The notes under the pieces: model-generated
Database searches by the model: none
What the model saw: only the letters and a program-made list of their open reading frames with translations
Told to the model about the DNA's origin: nothing
Origin: Paragordius varius
Taxonomy: Eukaryota; Animalia; Nematomorpha
Length of the DNA stretch: 64,000 bases
NCBI GenBank assembly: GCA_964247055.1
Contig: OZ176057.1
Coordinates: 992,001-1,056,000, forward strand
Direction of reading: 5' to 3'
Translations under genes and position numbers: made by a program
In this document: piece by piece, positions 13,501 to 26,300 of the stretch
Position numbering within the stretch: the stretch's first letter is position 1
Layout of the letters: every line of letters starts with the position of its first letter

Positions 13501-14702
13501 TTGAATTGTTCAAGGGTGACAAATTTGAATTGTTTAAGGGTGAATTTGAATTGTTTAATGGTGAATTTGAATTGTTCAAGGGTGAATTTGAATTGTTCAA
13601 GGGTGATAGGGAATTGTTTAATGGTGAATTTGAATTGTGTAAAGGTAAATTTAAATAATGGTGAATTTGAATTGTTTAAAGGTAAATTTAAATTGTTCAA
13701 TGGTGAATTTGAATTGTTCAAGGGTAAATTTGAATTGTTCAAGGGTGAAAAATTTGAATTGTTTAATTTTCAATTTGAATTGTTTAAGGGAGAAATTGAT
13801 TATTCAAGGGTGAATTTGAACTGTTTAAGGGTGCATTTTGAATTATTCAAGGGTGAATTTAAATTGTTTAAGGATGAATTCAAATTGTTCAAGAGTGAAA
13901 AATTTGAATTGTAAATGATATATTACTTTAGGTAAATGATTTTGTGAAAGATGAATTTGGATACGTTTATGGAAAACTTCCGATATGGACTGAAATCGTT
14001 GCGGGCGGATGCGTAAATATTTTTATATATATCTTTTTACTTTTTTTGTTTGACAAATAATTTACAATTTTTTATATTTTTGAACAACACTAATTTATTT
14101 AGTTTAGTTGCGAATTAAATATCTTTTCACCTTTTTTATTTAGCAAATAATTTACAGTTTTTTTTAATTTTGAAAAATAAAGAAGTTTTTATAATATTTT
14201 TTTGAAAAACACTAAAAATTTGTCTAGTTCAATTATATATATAGTAAAATTTTTATATCTTTTTATTTTTTTGTTTATAGCAAATAATTTACAGTTTTTT
14301 TAATATAGACAAAAAACTTTAAAAAATTACCTAGTATTTAGATACGAATATATATGGGAGTAAAATTAGTATTTTGCCCGGGCGCAGTTTGAATTCTTTG
14401 AACCATAAAATACAATATTATTTTAAATATATATATATATATATATATATTACCATTTATAATTAAAATTTATTCTTGGATATTTTTATATCTTGAATAT
14501 TTTAAATATAAATCATTGTTTGAAATGGTAGAGTATGTGTTACAGAGATGTATATTACTAACACAATCAATTAATTTTATATATTGGAATAATATGGGAA
14601 ACATTATTAAGGTTTAAAAAAGTAAGGGCTTGTTTATTAGATAAAAAAATTTGTCTTTATATTTTTACGTTTTGTCATTCCGTAAAATTTCAATTTTTAC
14701 TC

Positions 14703-14740
<38 letters not shown>

Positions 14741-15380
14741 ATCTATATAGGCCGGAGCAAGTCAAGTCATATTTACGAATCCTATGGAAATTGTCAAAAT
14801 ACGATTACAAGTGGCGAATTTAGCGACACTTGTCATGAAAGAACAACATCAATCAAATCAAAATGATTTGAATGTCACTAAAAATGTTTCAGAACAAAAA
14901 TGCAATAATTCAATCAATAAGTCGAATGGTGATAGCTCTAAAATGATTAATAAATACAACCATACAACTACTGATAAAAGTATAAAATTTATATTATATT
15001 GATTCAAAAATTATATAAATTTATCATAAATTTTCGATTACTACAAGTAATCTAGCATTTTTTACGTTTGACAAAGATTACTTGTAAAAATCGAAAATTC
15101 ATAATAAATTTATATAATTTTAGCTGAATTATAATTGCAATATATCAGTTATTTATATCATATTATTGATTCAAAATGTTTTTATTTAAATATACCCATT
15201 TACACGTCAAATTTACCCTTAAACACTTCAAATTATCTTTTTGGATTTAAAGATCTATTTACATTCTTAAATATTCTACCAGTCTACTTAGACATATTAT
15301 TAATTAATTATATAACGAGTTATATAATATATTTAAGTGCTTGTTAATGCATATAAATACACTCTTAGCAGTCAATTTAT

Positions 15381-15424
<44 letters not shown>

Positions 15425-15703
15425 ATATACTATTTACAATAATTCTCCCTCAAATAAATTAAATGTTTTATAAGATTTAAAATTACCTATATTTCAATAT
15501 ATTTTAAAAAAATTTCCTTTAAAATTATAATAATACTAAAAAAATAATAAACATGCCTTTAAAGATATATTTCATATTAATAATGAGTTAAATTGGTTTG
15601 AAAACACATATTATATTTTTAGGGTGAATTCGAATTGTTCGAGGGTGAATTTGAATTGTTCGAGGGTGAATTGAATTGCTTAAGGGTGAATATCAACTGT
15701 AAA

Positions 15704-15755
<52 letters not shown>

Positions 15756-18700
15756 TAAAATTAAGTAAAATAACCCAGTGTAATAAGTGTGACTTTGTCT
15801 CAGGGTTTTTAACTGTTAATAAACGAACTTGGCATTTCATAAAAGTTGTTTTTAATCAAATGTCAATGTAAATGTGACAAATTCTTTTAGTTTTTAAAGT
15901 TTTCATAGTTTATTACTTTTTTCCCAAATTTATTTTTTAAAACCCACCTACAAATAATATGTGTAATTTAATGTGATAGATCCAAATTGTAATGGTTATA
16001 ACTTAAAAATGTTGGACTATTTATTAATTCATTTCAAAATTGGAAAAATTTTACGATAATCATCACTCAATAGTTTATGGGTGCTCTTTTTATAATTACA
16101 GTAATTGACATTATACCGACAAAACCTAATAACACCTTGACAAATGTTTTTTTTCTTTAAAAGACAACCCTTTAAACCTTATTACAGTAAAAATTAAAAA
16201 TTATACGGACAAAACGTAAAAATATAAAGACAAATATTTTTTAAGCTAAAAGACAATCATTTTTACATCTTGATTTATTTTACATATAAATAATGGATTT
16301 AATGGCAAAGTGTGAAATAGATATATATATATTACTAATACAATCTTTCTTGTAACTAAATAACATAAAAATTAAGGTTATAAAAAAGTATGGTTGTCTT
16401 TTAAATAAAATATTTGTCATTATATATTTACTTTTTGTATGTTTTATAATTTACATATTTTTACTGTATATTTTAAATTTATTATGTAAAAATTATTTTT
16501 TTAGAAAACATTCCGAAAACCGCTGTGCCTAAAAAATCTGCCATTTCCATTGTTCGGGAACTGGGTCTTAAAGGACTTTATACAGTATAAATTTATATTT
16601 ATTTTTTTACAAATTTTTTTTAAACATAATCCAAATTGAGTTATTATTAATCATATGTTCCAAAAAAATACATGCAAAGCATGTGTTTTTTATCCCAGGA
16701 TTTTATCCATATAAATCAAATATATGGTGGTTAAAATTTTTTTGATTCGATTTGTATAATAATAAATACATATGTATATATTTGAATTAAAATAGAGCGT
16801 TTTTGCAACAAAAAATCATATTATTATTATTCATATTTGTTTACTTATTACTGTAAAAATTAAAAATTAATATATCATTTACACTTCAAATCCCTTGTAC
16901 GATTGAAATTCACCCTAAAATAAATTATGTGTTTTTAAAGATTAAATATTACTTATATTTTTTGATATTTTAAATATGAGATTTCTTTTGTAAATAAAAT
17001 AATACTGAAAAAATAATAAACTAAGCCATAAAGATATATTCCATATGAATAATAAGTTATATTAGCTCGAAAACACATAATTGTTTTTTTAGGGTGAATT
17101 TGAATTTTCAGGGGTGAATTTGAATTGTAAATGGTATATAGTATAGACAAAATATAAAAACTAAAGGACAAATAATATTTTATAATAGATCATACTTTTT
17201 TAAACTTTCTTGATTTAATTAAATATAACTCAAAAATTAACAATAGAGATTTAAATTGGGATTACGCCTAATTATTAATTGATAAATTTTTGTATTATGA
17301 TTAAGTTTATATGGGAAAATTCAGGGTATAAAAAAGCTGTAGTTGTCCTTTAAAGAAAAATATTTGTCTTTATAATTTAAATTTAAAAAATATAGTTTTT
17401 TTACAAAAAATATTATTATTTGCTTTTTTATTCTACTTTTTTTTAATAATTTAAATATTTTAGGGTTCAAGTGCCTGTTTTTTACGGGATATTCCCTTCA
17501 GTGCCATCTATTTTCCCACATATGCTCATCTCAAATTTTATTTTAATGATAATTATTTCACCTCAACCTATAATAATAATCAAACCGAATCTGATAAAGG
17601 TCATTTATAATACATTTGGAAAAATTTTATAAAACTTTTTTTGATTTTTCTTTTACCATTGTTCAAATTCACCCTAAAAATAAATTATATGTTTTTGAAC
17701 TAATATAACTCATTATAAATATGAAATGTATCTTTATAACATAGTTTATTTATATTTTTTCATTATTATTGTAATTTAAAACAAAATTTTTATTTTTGTG
17801 ATTTTTAATCTTAAAAAATATATATCTTGTTTGAGGGTGATTTTAATTATTTAAGGGTGATTTTAATTGTTTAAGGGTGAATTTGAATCGTAAATTTTTA
17901 TATGGTATATCGTTTCCTTTATGCTAAGTTAACTTATAATACACTTGTAGTTTTTCATTAATTGTTACCAACAAAAAAATAAGAAAAATAATTTTTACTA
18001 ATATATTTCTGTTTTATTGTATAAGTCTCTCAATCTGGAAAATATTTATGAGAAGTCTAGAAATGTATACTTATTAATTTTGTAATTTTATTCTTATACT
18101 TTTTATGTTTTGTTTTTTTTTCTTCCAAAATTTTGATATTAAATTGTAATAATTTTTTTAATAACCAATAAAAACCAACCTATAACCAATAATATAGCTG
18201 TTAACTATGTTAAAATACAAAAGATATACATGATATTAGGTAACAAATTTTTTTTTACCAGTTCAAATAAACATTAAGATAAACCTAACATAATTATTAT
18301 AAAAAATTAAATATTGCTAGACATAGAACTTAAAGATGCGGCATATATGTAGAACCTCTTGGAAATCCAAGATTAAACCTTAACTTAGCTCATTATTGAA
18401 AAGTTTGACAGTTTAATAATTTATAATATTTAAAATTTATAAAGAGAGCCAATTTTTACCAGATATGTTAGTATCTTTGAAATAACCGATATTAAGCGTA
18501 AAAGACAAAAATACGAAGTGCTTTTCCAAAACAAAACTCATATTACTTCGGATGTAGTAAAAACCACATATATATATATATATATATAGGGTATTTTATA
18601 TGAAAAAAATAGTATTTTTCCATATATCATCTATCATATTCTCTAATAATTAATAGAAAGACACACCTAACCAACACTTAACCAACAAAACATTTAATCA

Positions 18701-19875
18701 ATTAATTAAAAGATTCATATATAACTAAAATTATTTCTTCTCTAATAACCAATAAAAAGACACACTTAAACAACATAATATTTAATAAATTAAATAACTA
18801 AAATCATTTTTTTAAAAAAACTTATTTTTATTTTATTTACATATAGATGTCCGAATAAATCCGTGGGCCATGTTATGGGCTGCTACATTAGCAGGGGTCC
18901 CTGCAGCGGCCTTAGTAACCCCGGCAGATGTTATAAAGACTAGACTTCAAGTTGAAAGGTAAGTGCTTAAAAAAATTTATGAATCAGTTTAAGAGTTTTA
19001 TTTATAAAGAAGAAAGGTAAGTTATATTCAAATTTTTAATTGATAAATACCAAAAAAAGGTTAAAATTAAAGTAAAACTGTACAGGGATTACAATTATAC
19101 ACATGAAACGTAAAACAAAAGGTAGATATCTTTTTTTTATTAAAAGATTGCTGTATTTTTAACTTATTTTTTTCAGATAAACTTTATGTTTTGAATTGGG
19201 AAGAAATTGCAAAGAAGTATGTAAATTGGTACCATAATCGATTGTATATTTTACGATTGAAGTTTAAAATATTAAGGATATGTCTTTAATTTATTTTTTG
19301 TCCTTATAATATTAATTTTAACTGTATGGTGATAGGTTAAAGAAGTATAAGTTTAAGAGTTTAACCAAATATTTTTCTGGATTTTTTCAAAAATGTACCT
19401 AACATTAGGAATTTCGAATGGCATTTTACTTTTTTTAAAAGTGCTGTGGTATTTCATACCCCATTACGCTAATGGCATATAAATGAGTTAGGGTGCGCAT
19501 TAGGATAGTTTTTTGAAAAGATTTTATTATTATTAATATTACTATTGTGATCTATTATAAAAAGTCATTTAAATTTTATTTCTTGATTGTTATGGCTTAT
19601 TAATGAGTACTATGAAGTTTGTGGCAATGTTTTTACTCAATGTTAATTTTATATAAAAACCAGGCTAAAAAATATGCAAATTAGAAATCACGATAATCGA
19701 TATCAATTTATTTAATTTTATCCTATATATTATTAAATATCATGAAATGTGTTATAATAAGTAGACAGACTGTATATCATTTTTTTTTCTTATACATTGG
19801 AAATATCGCCAAATAATAATTTGCAAAATATTCTTATTTTTGGTTTTTATGCTCTCTAAAATGATTTATTTTCCC

Positions 19876-19925
<50 letters not shown>

Positions 19926-21170
19926 TTGTGGCAGTTATGTTTTACAGTTAAAAATGTAATTATACAAACAAAGTGTAATGTTTAAAGGCAAATATTTTTC
20001 TGAAAATGATAACCATATTTATTTAAACCTTGATTGTTTTATACCTAAATTCGTTTATTGCATTATAGAAAAGAGAGTGATATATAAGTAGACATTGCTA
20101 GAAAGTTATTAATTATTGTCAAATATTGCACACAACAAAGGACAGTATTATTGGCTTATAGTTATTTTTTTCACTTTTTACTATTATTATAAACCAATAA
20201 TAATTCTCCTTGCTGCATATGCTATTTGGCAATAATTAATAACTTTCTACCAATAATATACACTTACTCATATTGTAATTCATTAAAATGCTTAAATAGT
20301 TTACACGTGAAAGTTTCAGGGTTTAAATTGGTATGGTTGTATTTTTTGTAAAATTCTTTAGTTTTTGCATTTTGCCTGTATAATTATGACTTTTTCATAA
20401 ATTAATTGCTACAAAATTTAAATTAATCAATTATTTACTTTCATTTTATACTGACTGCATATAGAAAAGGGGCTCATCAAGCTCAAATTCCTAGCCATAT
20501 GAGAGATTGTAAGGGTATTTCTGATACTTGTATGGCTATCCTTAAACACGAAGGCTTTCCTGCCCTTTGGAAAGGAACACTGGGTAACTTTTATGAGAAC
20601 TAAATTTTGTTGTCGTTTTAAACGTCGTAAAACTTGGTTAGTTTCTTGTGGTTTTTTTTAAAACCATCAGTTACAGTTATAACTATCTAGCTTGACTGCT
20701 AATGATATATTCGGGGTGTTTCTGAGTTATTTGCGCTTGTTTTTTTAGAGTAAAAGTAAATTTTTTAAATTAGCAAATTAGTTTATAATACAGTGAAAAT
20801 TGAAAGTATACGGAGAAACCAAAACACATTAGGGCATATATCTTTCAAAAGACAACCATAATTTTCCATTGATTTTCCCAATAAATTAAATTTCAATTGT
20901 ATTATAATTTATTGTGTTACCAATTTATACATCTCTATTTTATACTTTGAAAATTAAAACAATAAATTATATTAAAAAAGTATTGTCTTTATTTTTTACC
21001 ATATTTGCCTTTGGTATAATATCAATTTTTATTTCAAAATTGATATTAAAAATTTTAATACATATTATTTATCTTTTTTAGCTCGCGTATGCCGGAGTTC
21101 TCCTCAATTCGGTGTTACCTTGTTAACCTACGAACTTCTTCAAAATATGTTTGATATCAAATTTGTTTGA
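10032..21170 (+). CDS. SLC25A12/SLC25A13-like (aralar): Mitochondrial aspartate/glutamate carrier (aralar/citrin type), carrier domain only; join(10032..10580,13932..14012,14751..14979,16505..16584,17464..17599,18847..18958,20465..20583,21082..21170), 464 aa
   Basis: Three carrier signature motifs ([30 protein letters not shown]). Aralar-type segments [45 protein letters not shown] and [21 protein letters not shown]. All 7 introns are GT-AG with matching phases; total 1395 nt ending TGA at 21168-21170. Confidence 0.93.
11338..11528. mobile_element. Palindromic MITE TA|CAGTATGCATTTTAATGGTTGC...GCATACTG|TA (Tc1/mariner-type ends)
   Basis: Long TIR, TA flanks; copies at about 31260-31432, 36035-36220, 48160-48335, 59452-59864, 60745-60863. 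Confidence 0.8.
13173..13920. mobile_element. Foldback MITE family A (TA|CCATTTAC...GTAAATGG|TA) with one arm expanded into about 24 copies of the 21-bp unit TTGAATTGTTCAAGGGTGAAT
   Basis: Terminal inverted repeats; array about 13400-13915. Other copies at about 10831-11118, 15429-15708, 16872-17137, 17655-17900, 28862-29150, 29250-29500, 30286-30570, 42998-43308, 46910-47345, 47335-47585, 52428-52715, 61630-61866, 62102-62388, 62999-63270. Confidence 0.85.
13932..14012 (+). CDS. Aralar-like carrier exon 2 ([27 protein letters not shown])
   Basis: TTTAG acceptor, GTAAAT donor, 81 nt, phase 0-0. Confidence 0.9.
14751..14979 (+). CDS. Aralar-like carrier exon 3 ([21 protein letters not shown] plus Asn/Ser-rich loop)
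   Basis: TATAG acceptor after (TA)n, GTATAA donor; phase 1 fits exon 4. Confidence 0.85.
16185..16466. mobile_element. MITE TA|CAGTAAAAATTGAAATTATACGGAC...TTTTTACTG|TA
   Basis: TIR with TA flanks; related copies at about 3890-4620, 19079-19324, 20790-21030, 22190-22410, 33100-33412, 48633-48882, 52850-52979. Confidence 0.75.
16505..16584 (+). CDS. Aralar-like carrier exon 4 ([26 protein letters not shown])
   Basis: TTTAG acceptor, GTATAA donor. Confidence 0.88.
17464..17599 (+). CDS. Aralar-like carrier exon 5 ([24 protein letters not shown]...)
   Basis: TTTAG acceptor; GTCATT donor in phase 1 fits exon 6. Confidence 0.85.
18847..18958 (+). CDS. Aralar-like carrier exon 6 ([36 protein letters not shown])
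   Basis: ATAG acceptor, GTAAGT donor. Confidence 0.9.
20465..20583 (+). CDS. Aralar-like carrier exon 7 ([39 protein letters not shown])
   Basis: ATAG acceptor, GTAACT donor. Confidence 0.88.
21082..21170 (+). CDS. Aralar-like carrier exon 8 ([29 protein letters not shown])
   Basis: TTTTAG acceptor, TGA stop. Confidence 0.9.
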
Positions 21171-23299
21171 TTGTGATTGTGTGATTGTAATATATTCTAC
21201 TTAAATGTTCAATACTTACGAATTTCAAATGCAAAACACGAAAAAATAACTTTGAATGCTTCCAACAATTTTCTATTTTAATAATTTTTTGCCTTTAATT
21301 TAATTATAGACAATTTTGTTTAGATACTCTACCCAAAATTTAAAGATGAAAACTATGTTTAACACAAAATTTAGATTTATTTGTTGTTTTAAATACAAGA
21401 GTATCTTTAATTTTTATTTTAAATTTTTTAAGTAAAAAATGTGGTATTCCCAAGTTTTTAGGATGTCTTTTAAATAATTTATCAATAATTATTATAGATT
21501 TATATGTACAAAGTATTTATATTTATTATTTAATTTTATATATCAGTCTTGTCCACAAACTTTTATTGTATAACAGTGTAAATTATTACTAATAAATAAT
21601 TTAATATATTTAACTTTTTTTTTGCTTAAATTCCTAATTTTCAACAGTACGCATAAGATTTTACCGATAAAACCTAAAATTAAATAATTTTTTTTAAAAA
21701 AGATAACCGTATACTTTTTTAACCTTAATATTTCCATCATAAATTATATAACTACAATTTTATATCGTATAAATGAATTTATCATTACCAATTTACTGTT
21801 TTTATTCTGCAACATTATAAACGATGAGTTATAACTGAAAAACAATTAAGCCTAGAAAATTTGGTTGTCTTTTTTTAAAAAATTTAGATTCGTTTTTTAA
21901 AGGGCGTCCATAATATTCTTAATTTTCTGCAGTTAGTCATATAAACAAATTGACATAGCAGTATTAATTCTGAAAAAAAGACAATATGTAACAGTTTAGG
22001 GTTTTCAAAATTGGGGTTTTCACAAGGGCATATATTTGATTCCATTGTTTTGAGGAAAAATATTCATCATTTTAAACCCATAGATTATTTAATTTAGTTC
22101 AGTGGTTCAGAAAATCAACAAAAAATATCATAAATTTATAAAAAATTTTCTATTGCGACCTCATAAATATGAATTGTGTTGTGTTAAGTACTGTAAAAAC
22201 TAAATTATACGAAAATGTAAAAACATTAGGACAAATATTTTTTTCTAAAAGACAACCATACTTTTAGAATCTTGATTTATTTCAATATAACTCATTGTTT
22301 TAAATGGCAAATCTGAAATAGAAATATATATTACTAATTGATTATATATTTTACAATTGTAACTAAATAGCTTATATGAGAACAATTAAGGTTTTAAAAA
22401 GTATGGGTTAAAATCCTACTTACGGATAATAATGTCTTTTTAATTAGGAGGATTCTTAAAACAAAATGGTTTGACATTGACAAGTCCATCCGCACTAACT
22501 ATCCCGTTTTTGCCATATTATAAGTACTAACTAGGAAGGCAAAGGTTAATCACATAAAAGGGACCGATGATTAAGGGTAATGGCCAATATTATTTAGGAA
22601 ACCGATTAAAAACCTTAACAAAAGTTAACAGTAAACTTAAAAACCTTTATTTATGAGGTATACAATATTGTAACATGCCGACCTCGATTCTAGGTACACA
22701 TCCATCGAATTATAATACATAAATAGTACCACATATACTATTTACACCCCACACCCTTGAACAATTCAAATTCACCCCTGAACAAAATATAATTAAATAA
22801 TTAATATAGAAAATATTGATGTTTTAATGAGTGTGATTTCTTTTGAAAAAATATTTGTCTTTATATTTTTGTTTCAAGTTTTACTCTATCTTAGTCATTT
22901 TTTGGCAATAAAGTGTCTAGCATCCAAAAAAAAATTAATTTTGCCATCTTAGATTTTGATTAATTACAATGTAAAATTATGTTAAATGACTAGTTTCGAA
23001 AGAAATATCTGAATCCTGATTATTTCTAACGAAAAACAATTTAACAGAATTTTTGGCACCAGATTACGAGATTCTATGGTTAGCATAAAATTGGTATGAT
23101 AAACTAACAGTTATAAATGTGAATTTTGTAAATTATTTAAATGATGATTATTTCACATCTAGTAAAAGTTACATTGCTTTGATAACGATTTATTTACTTT
23201 TTATCAATGAAAGCAAGTTTAATAAATATTATTTTATTCTTTATACAATATTAATTCGATAAGCAAATTTATATTTATTAAAAGTGAGCTTTGTAGATT

Positions 23300-26200
23300 T
23301 TTTTTCTTATGTGGCTTTATATGGTAACATAAACCAAAGTTTATAAATTTTGTTGTAAAAATTTGTAGTAGTAAATAAGGCCAGATAATATAAACTCAGT
23401 TCGACTGAAACAGTTTGGTTTCTTTTGCAAAAATTTAACTGAACAAGTATATCTTTGTCAAATTATTCAAGCTCTAATAATATTTAAAGTATAGTAATTG
23501 CCCCATATAAAGCTGGAATGAACTAAATTCATTTAATTTATATACACCGAATTTGCGAATGTTTCGATTAAATGGCCCAAATTGTGTCGCACATTTGATT
23601 CTGATATTGGAAATGACTTTATAAAACTAAAAAAATACTAAAAATACATTGTTTAAAGTTTAGCTTTTAATTGATTCAAAATATAATATTTGATTTACTA
23701 GCATAGTCGATACTAATAAAATAGTTTGGGAGTCACGGCTTAATTTTAATCCTATCCTAAACCGTGTTAATAAATTTATCAATAAATATAATTTTGCGAT
23801 AATTCTATTTATTTCTATCGAAATAAATGATATTTAAAAACATTAAACTCTTAAAAACTTCTTGGCTAAAAATTCTCTTCTCATATATCTGATCAATGAT
23901 GATATGTTGTTATGGGCATATTTAGAATAACATCTTGAGGGTTGATATGAGTGTTGCAAAATATAATTCGGAACAATTTCGATATAGTTATATATATAAC
24001 TCAGGGCAATGTGCCTCGACGCTGTAAAAAATACTCTTAGCAGCCTGGTTATGAGATGGAAACAGTGAAAAACTTGACCAATGATGTAAGGATTGTGCTA
24101 GATTTATCTATTAGGTAGTTAAATTAGTAGGGTATGCACTGTATTTCTAATATCAATATCTGATCAGTTAAAAAAGCTCGACTTTAGACCGGTACTTATA
24201 AACCGCCAAATTTTTCCAGTAAAAGGAGCAGAAGTGAGAGGGTGATTCATGATGAAATCGAATTGGATGATTGAAAGTAGCTGGGTGAACTGTATGTATA
24301 TCATTATCTGATCAGTTGAAGAAAGCTCGACTTTAGACTGGTACTCATAAACCGCCAAATTTTCCCAGTAAAAGGAGCAAAAGTGAGAGGGTGACTGATA
24401 ATGAAATTAATTTGTTTAGTCTTAATTAGATGGTTGTAGCATATGCACTGTAATATAAATATCATTACCCGTGTGAAGAATACTCGACTTTATACTGCTA
24501 CTTATAAACCGCCAAATTTTCCCAGTAAAAGGAGCAAAAGTGAGAGGGTGACTGATAATGAAATTAATTTGTTTAGTCTTAATTAGATAGTTGTAGCATT
24601 TGTACTGTAATATAAATATCATTACACGTGTGAAGAATACTCGACTTTATACTGGTACTTAGAAACCGCCAAATTTTCGCAGTATAAGGAGTAGAAGTGA
24701 GAGGGTGACTGATAATGAAATCGCTTTGTTGACTGTTAATTAGATGTTTGTAGCAGGTCTGCACTGTATTTTGAATGTCATATATACCAATTTGACGAAA
24801 ACTCCACTTAAAACCGATACTCAATCCTCCAATGTTACTGCAAAGGTGAGAGATTGATTGATGAATTTGTTTACTGTTTAAAGCTTTTTGTATTCTTTTA
24901 AACACAGATTAATGTATTCATTTACTTTTTATATTTGCCCAATATTCAAAGTGTGGGTAAATTAGTAGATTAGATAAGGTATAATTTAGATAATATTTGT
25001 AATTTTAAAATGTTGAAAGCATTAAAATATATAAATGATTGTTAAAGCTATTGTCTTTAATTATATTAATAATTATATGTACAGGGGTATAAAATATGAT
25101 CACACAACTATTGATTTTGCTGATTTGCTAATATTAACCTCATATTTATATCATTTAGGAGTACAAAAAATATGTTTAAAAGAGTGCTAAACCTAAATTT
25201 TTTTATATAAATTAATTTTAAATATTAAACCCAAATTTTTTTATAAATGAATGTATAAAAGGCATATTATACTATGGCAGCTAAATATAAATGTTTATAA
25301 ATCATAATACACTGCGTCTTAAATAGGGATATAAAAAATTTATGGTGAAATATATATATATTCAGAAAAATATATAAAGGTTATCATCGTGCTTTAAGTT
25401 TGGACATTACGACTGATATAATTATACTTCTAATAATCGGACTTTTCGCGGTTTGTCCCACATGAATATACTTCGCATGAAGATATTCCACATACTAAAG
25501 AACATCTCTACATTATATAATCGCTGAAATGCTTACATGGTAATTTTAAAGTCAAAGCACGTAGACTGTTTATCGCTCGAATTTTTATTCCTATAGATTC
25601 TGCATAAGGTTCAAGATGAAAGCTGAGCATAGCAAAAAGAATGGCTTAATCGGAGTGGGTAGTTTTTTTCAATATAAATTTGCATTTAAATTTTTACTCT
25701 AAGATCTATTTTCGGGAATGGTCGATAGATATAATTTTAATCCATTTTATTTAAACATTATCTGTAACCACATATATCATGTTTATATTTGTATTGCTCC
25801 CAGGCATACCACAGGCAATATCTAATGCACTAATGCAGACTCAAGCCATGGTAGACTCCCCTCTGACAAGACTTCTTGAGAATCGTGAGACAATAAGATC
25901 GAAGCCGCTGATAATTGAGCCCGGACTGATCCTTGACATATTTATAACCGGCTTGCTCTGGTAGATAGAATGGTTTGATTGCTGAGTCGGTAGTTTATTT
26001 TTGATATTTATTCCCATATCTGCTCTAATATTAAATTTTATTTTTATATCACTCGGGTTTATAACACAACGGTTTCTTCGAGATTTTTCTTTCTTTTATT
26101 TGTTCATTAACGGTTTCTTTGTGATTTCTATATAAGTTATATCATTCATGACTATCATTTTTGATTTAATTTAATGTGTTGTATATATACATTCTCTTAA

Positions 26201-26300
26201 CCGTTACTCCTGATAATGCATATAACATAAATTTGAAAATAAATAAATTAGTATTTTTTTCTTTTACGGCCATTTCAACATTATGAATATTTATATTTAA
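23300..26300 (-). mobile_element. Heavily decayed Penelope-like element (RT plus GIY-YIG), tentative
   Basis: In 5'-3' order on the minus strand: RADMG (ADKG-like, about 26020), QRGVYHGLSL (QxGxxMGxxL-like, about 25860), thumb-like YK..IN.QQ.DFIISHP (24.2-24.8 kb), then GVYKLNEFSSFQLYMGQ (GIY-x10-YIG, about 23550-23500). Many stops and frameshifts; motif matching is by eye. Confidence 0.5.
24150..24800. repeat. Tandem repeat, about 4 units, periods 149/157/157 bp
   Basis: CTCGACTTTA anchors at 24177, 24326, 24483 and 24640. Confidence 0.9.

Noticed and set aside
13422-13914. Overlapping ORFs of 106 and 150 aa with 7-aa periodicity
   Set aside because: Translations of the 21-bp MITE array; open frames occur on both strands simply because the unit lacks stops.
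13400-13915. CRISPR-like appearance of short-period arrays (also 37860-38065, 46910-47100, 24150-24800)
   Set aside because: Units are contiguous with no unique spacers, there are no cas genes, and the context is eukaryotic.
10032-21170. Calling the carrier a naturally EF-hand-less glutamate carrier (SLC25A18/22)
   Set aside because: Diagnostic segments ([40 protein letters not shown]) follow aralar/citrin, not GC1/GC2.
24164-24905. Three repeated ORFs as a tandem-repeat protein gene
   Set aside because: The 157-bp period shifts frame every unit; treated as a satellite in a decayed element.
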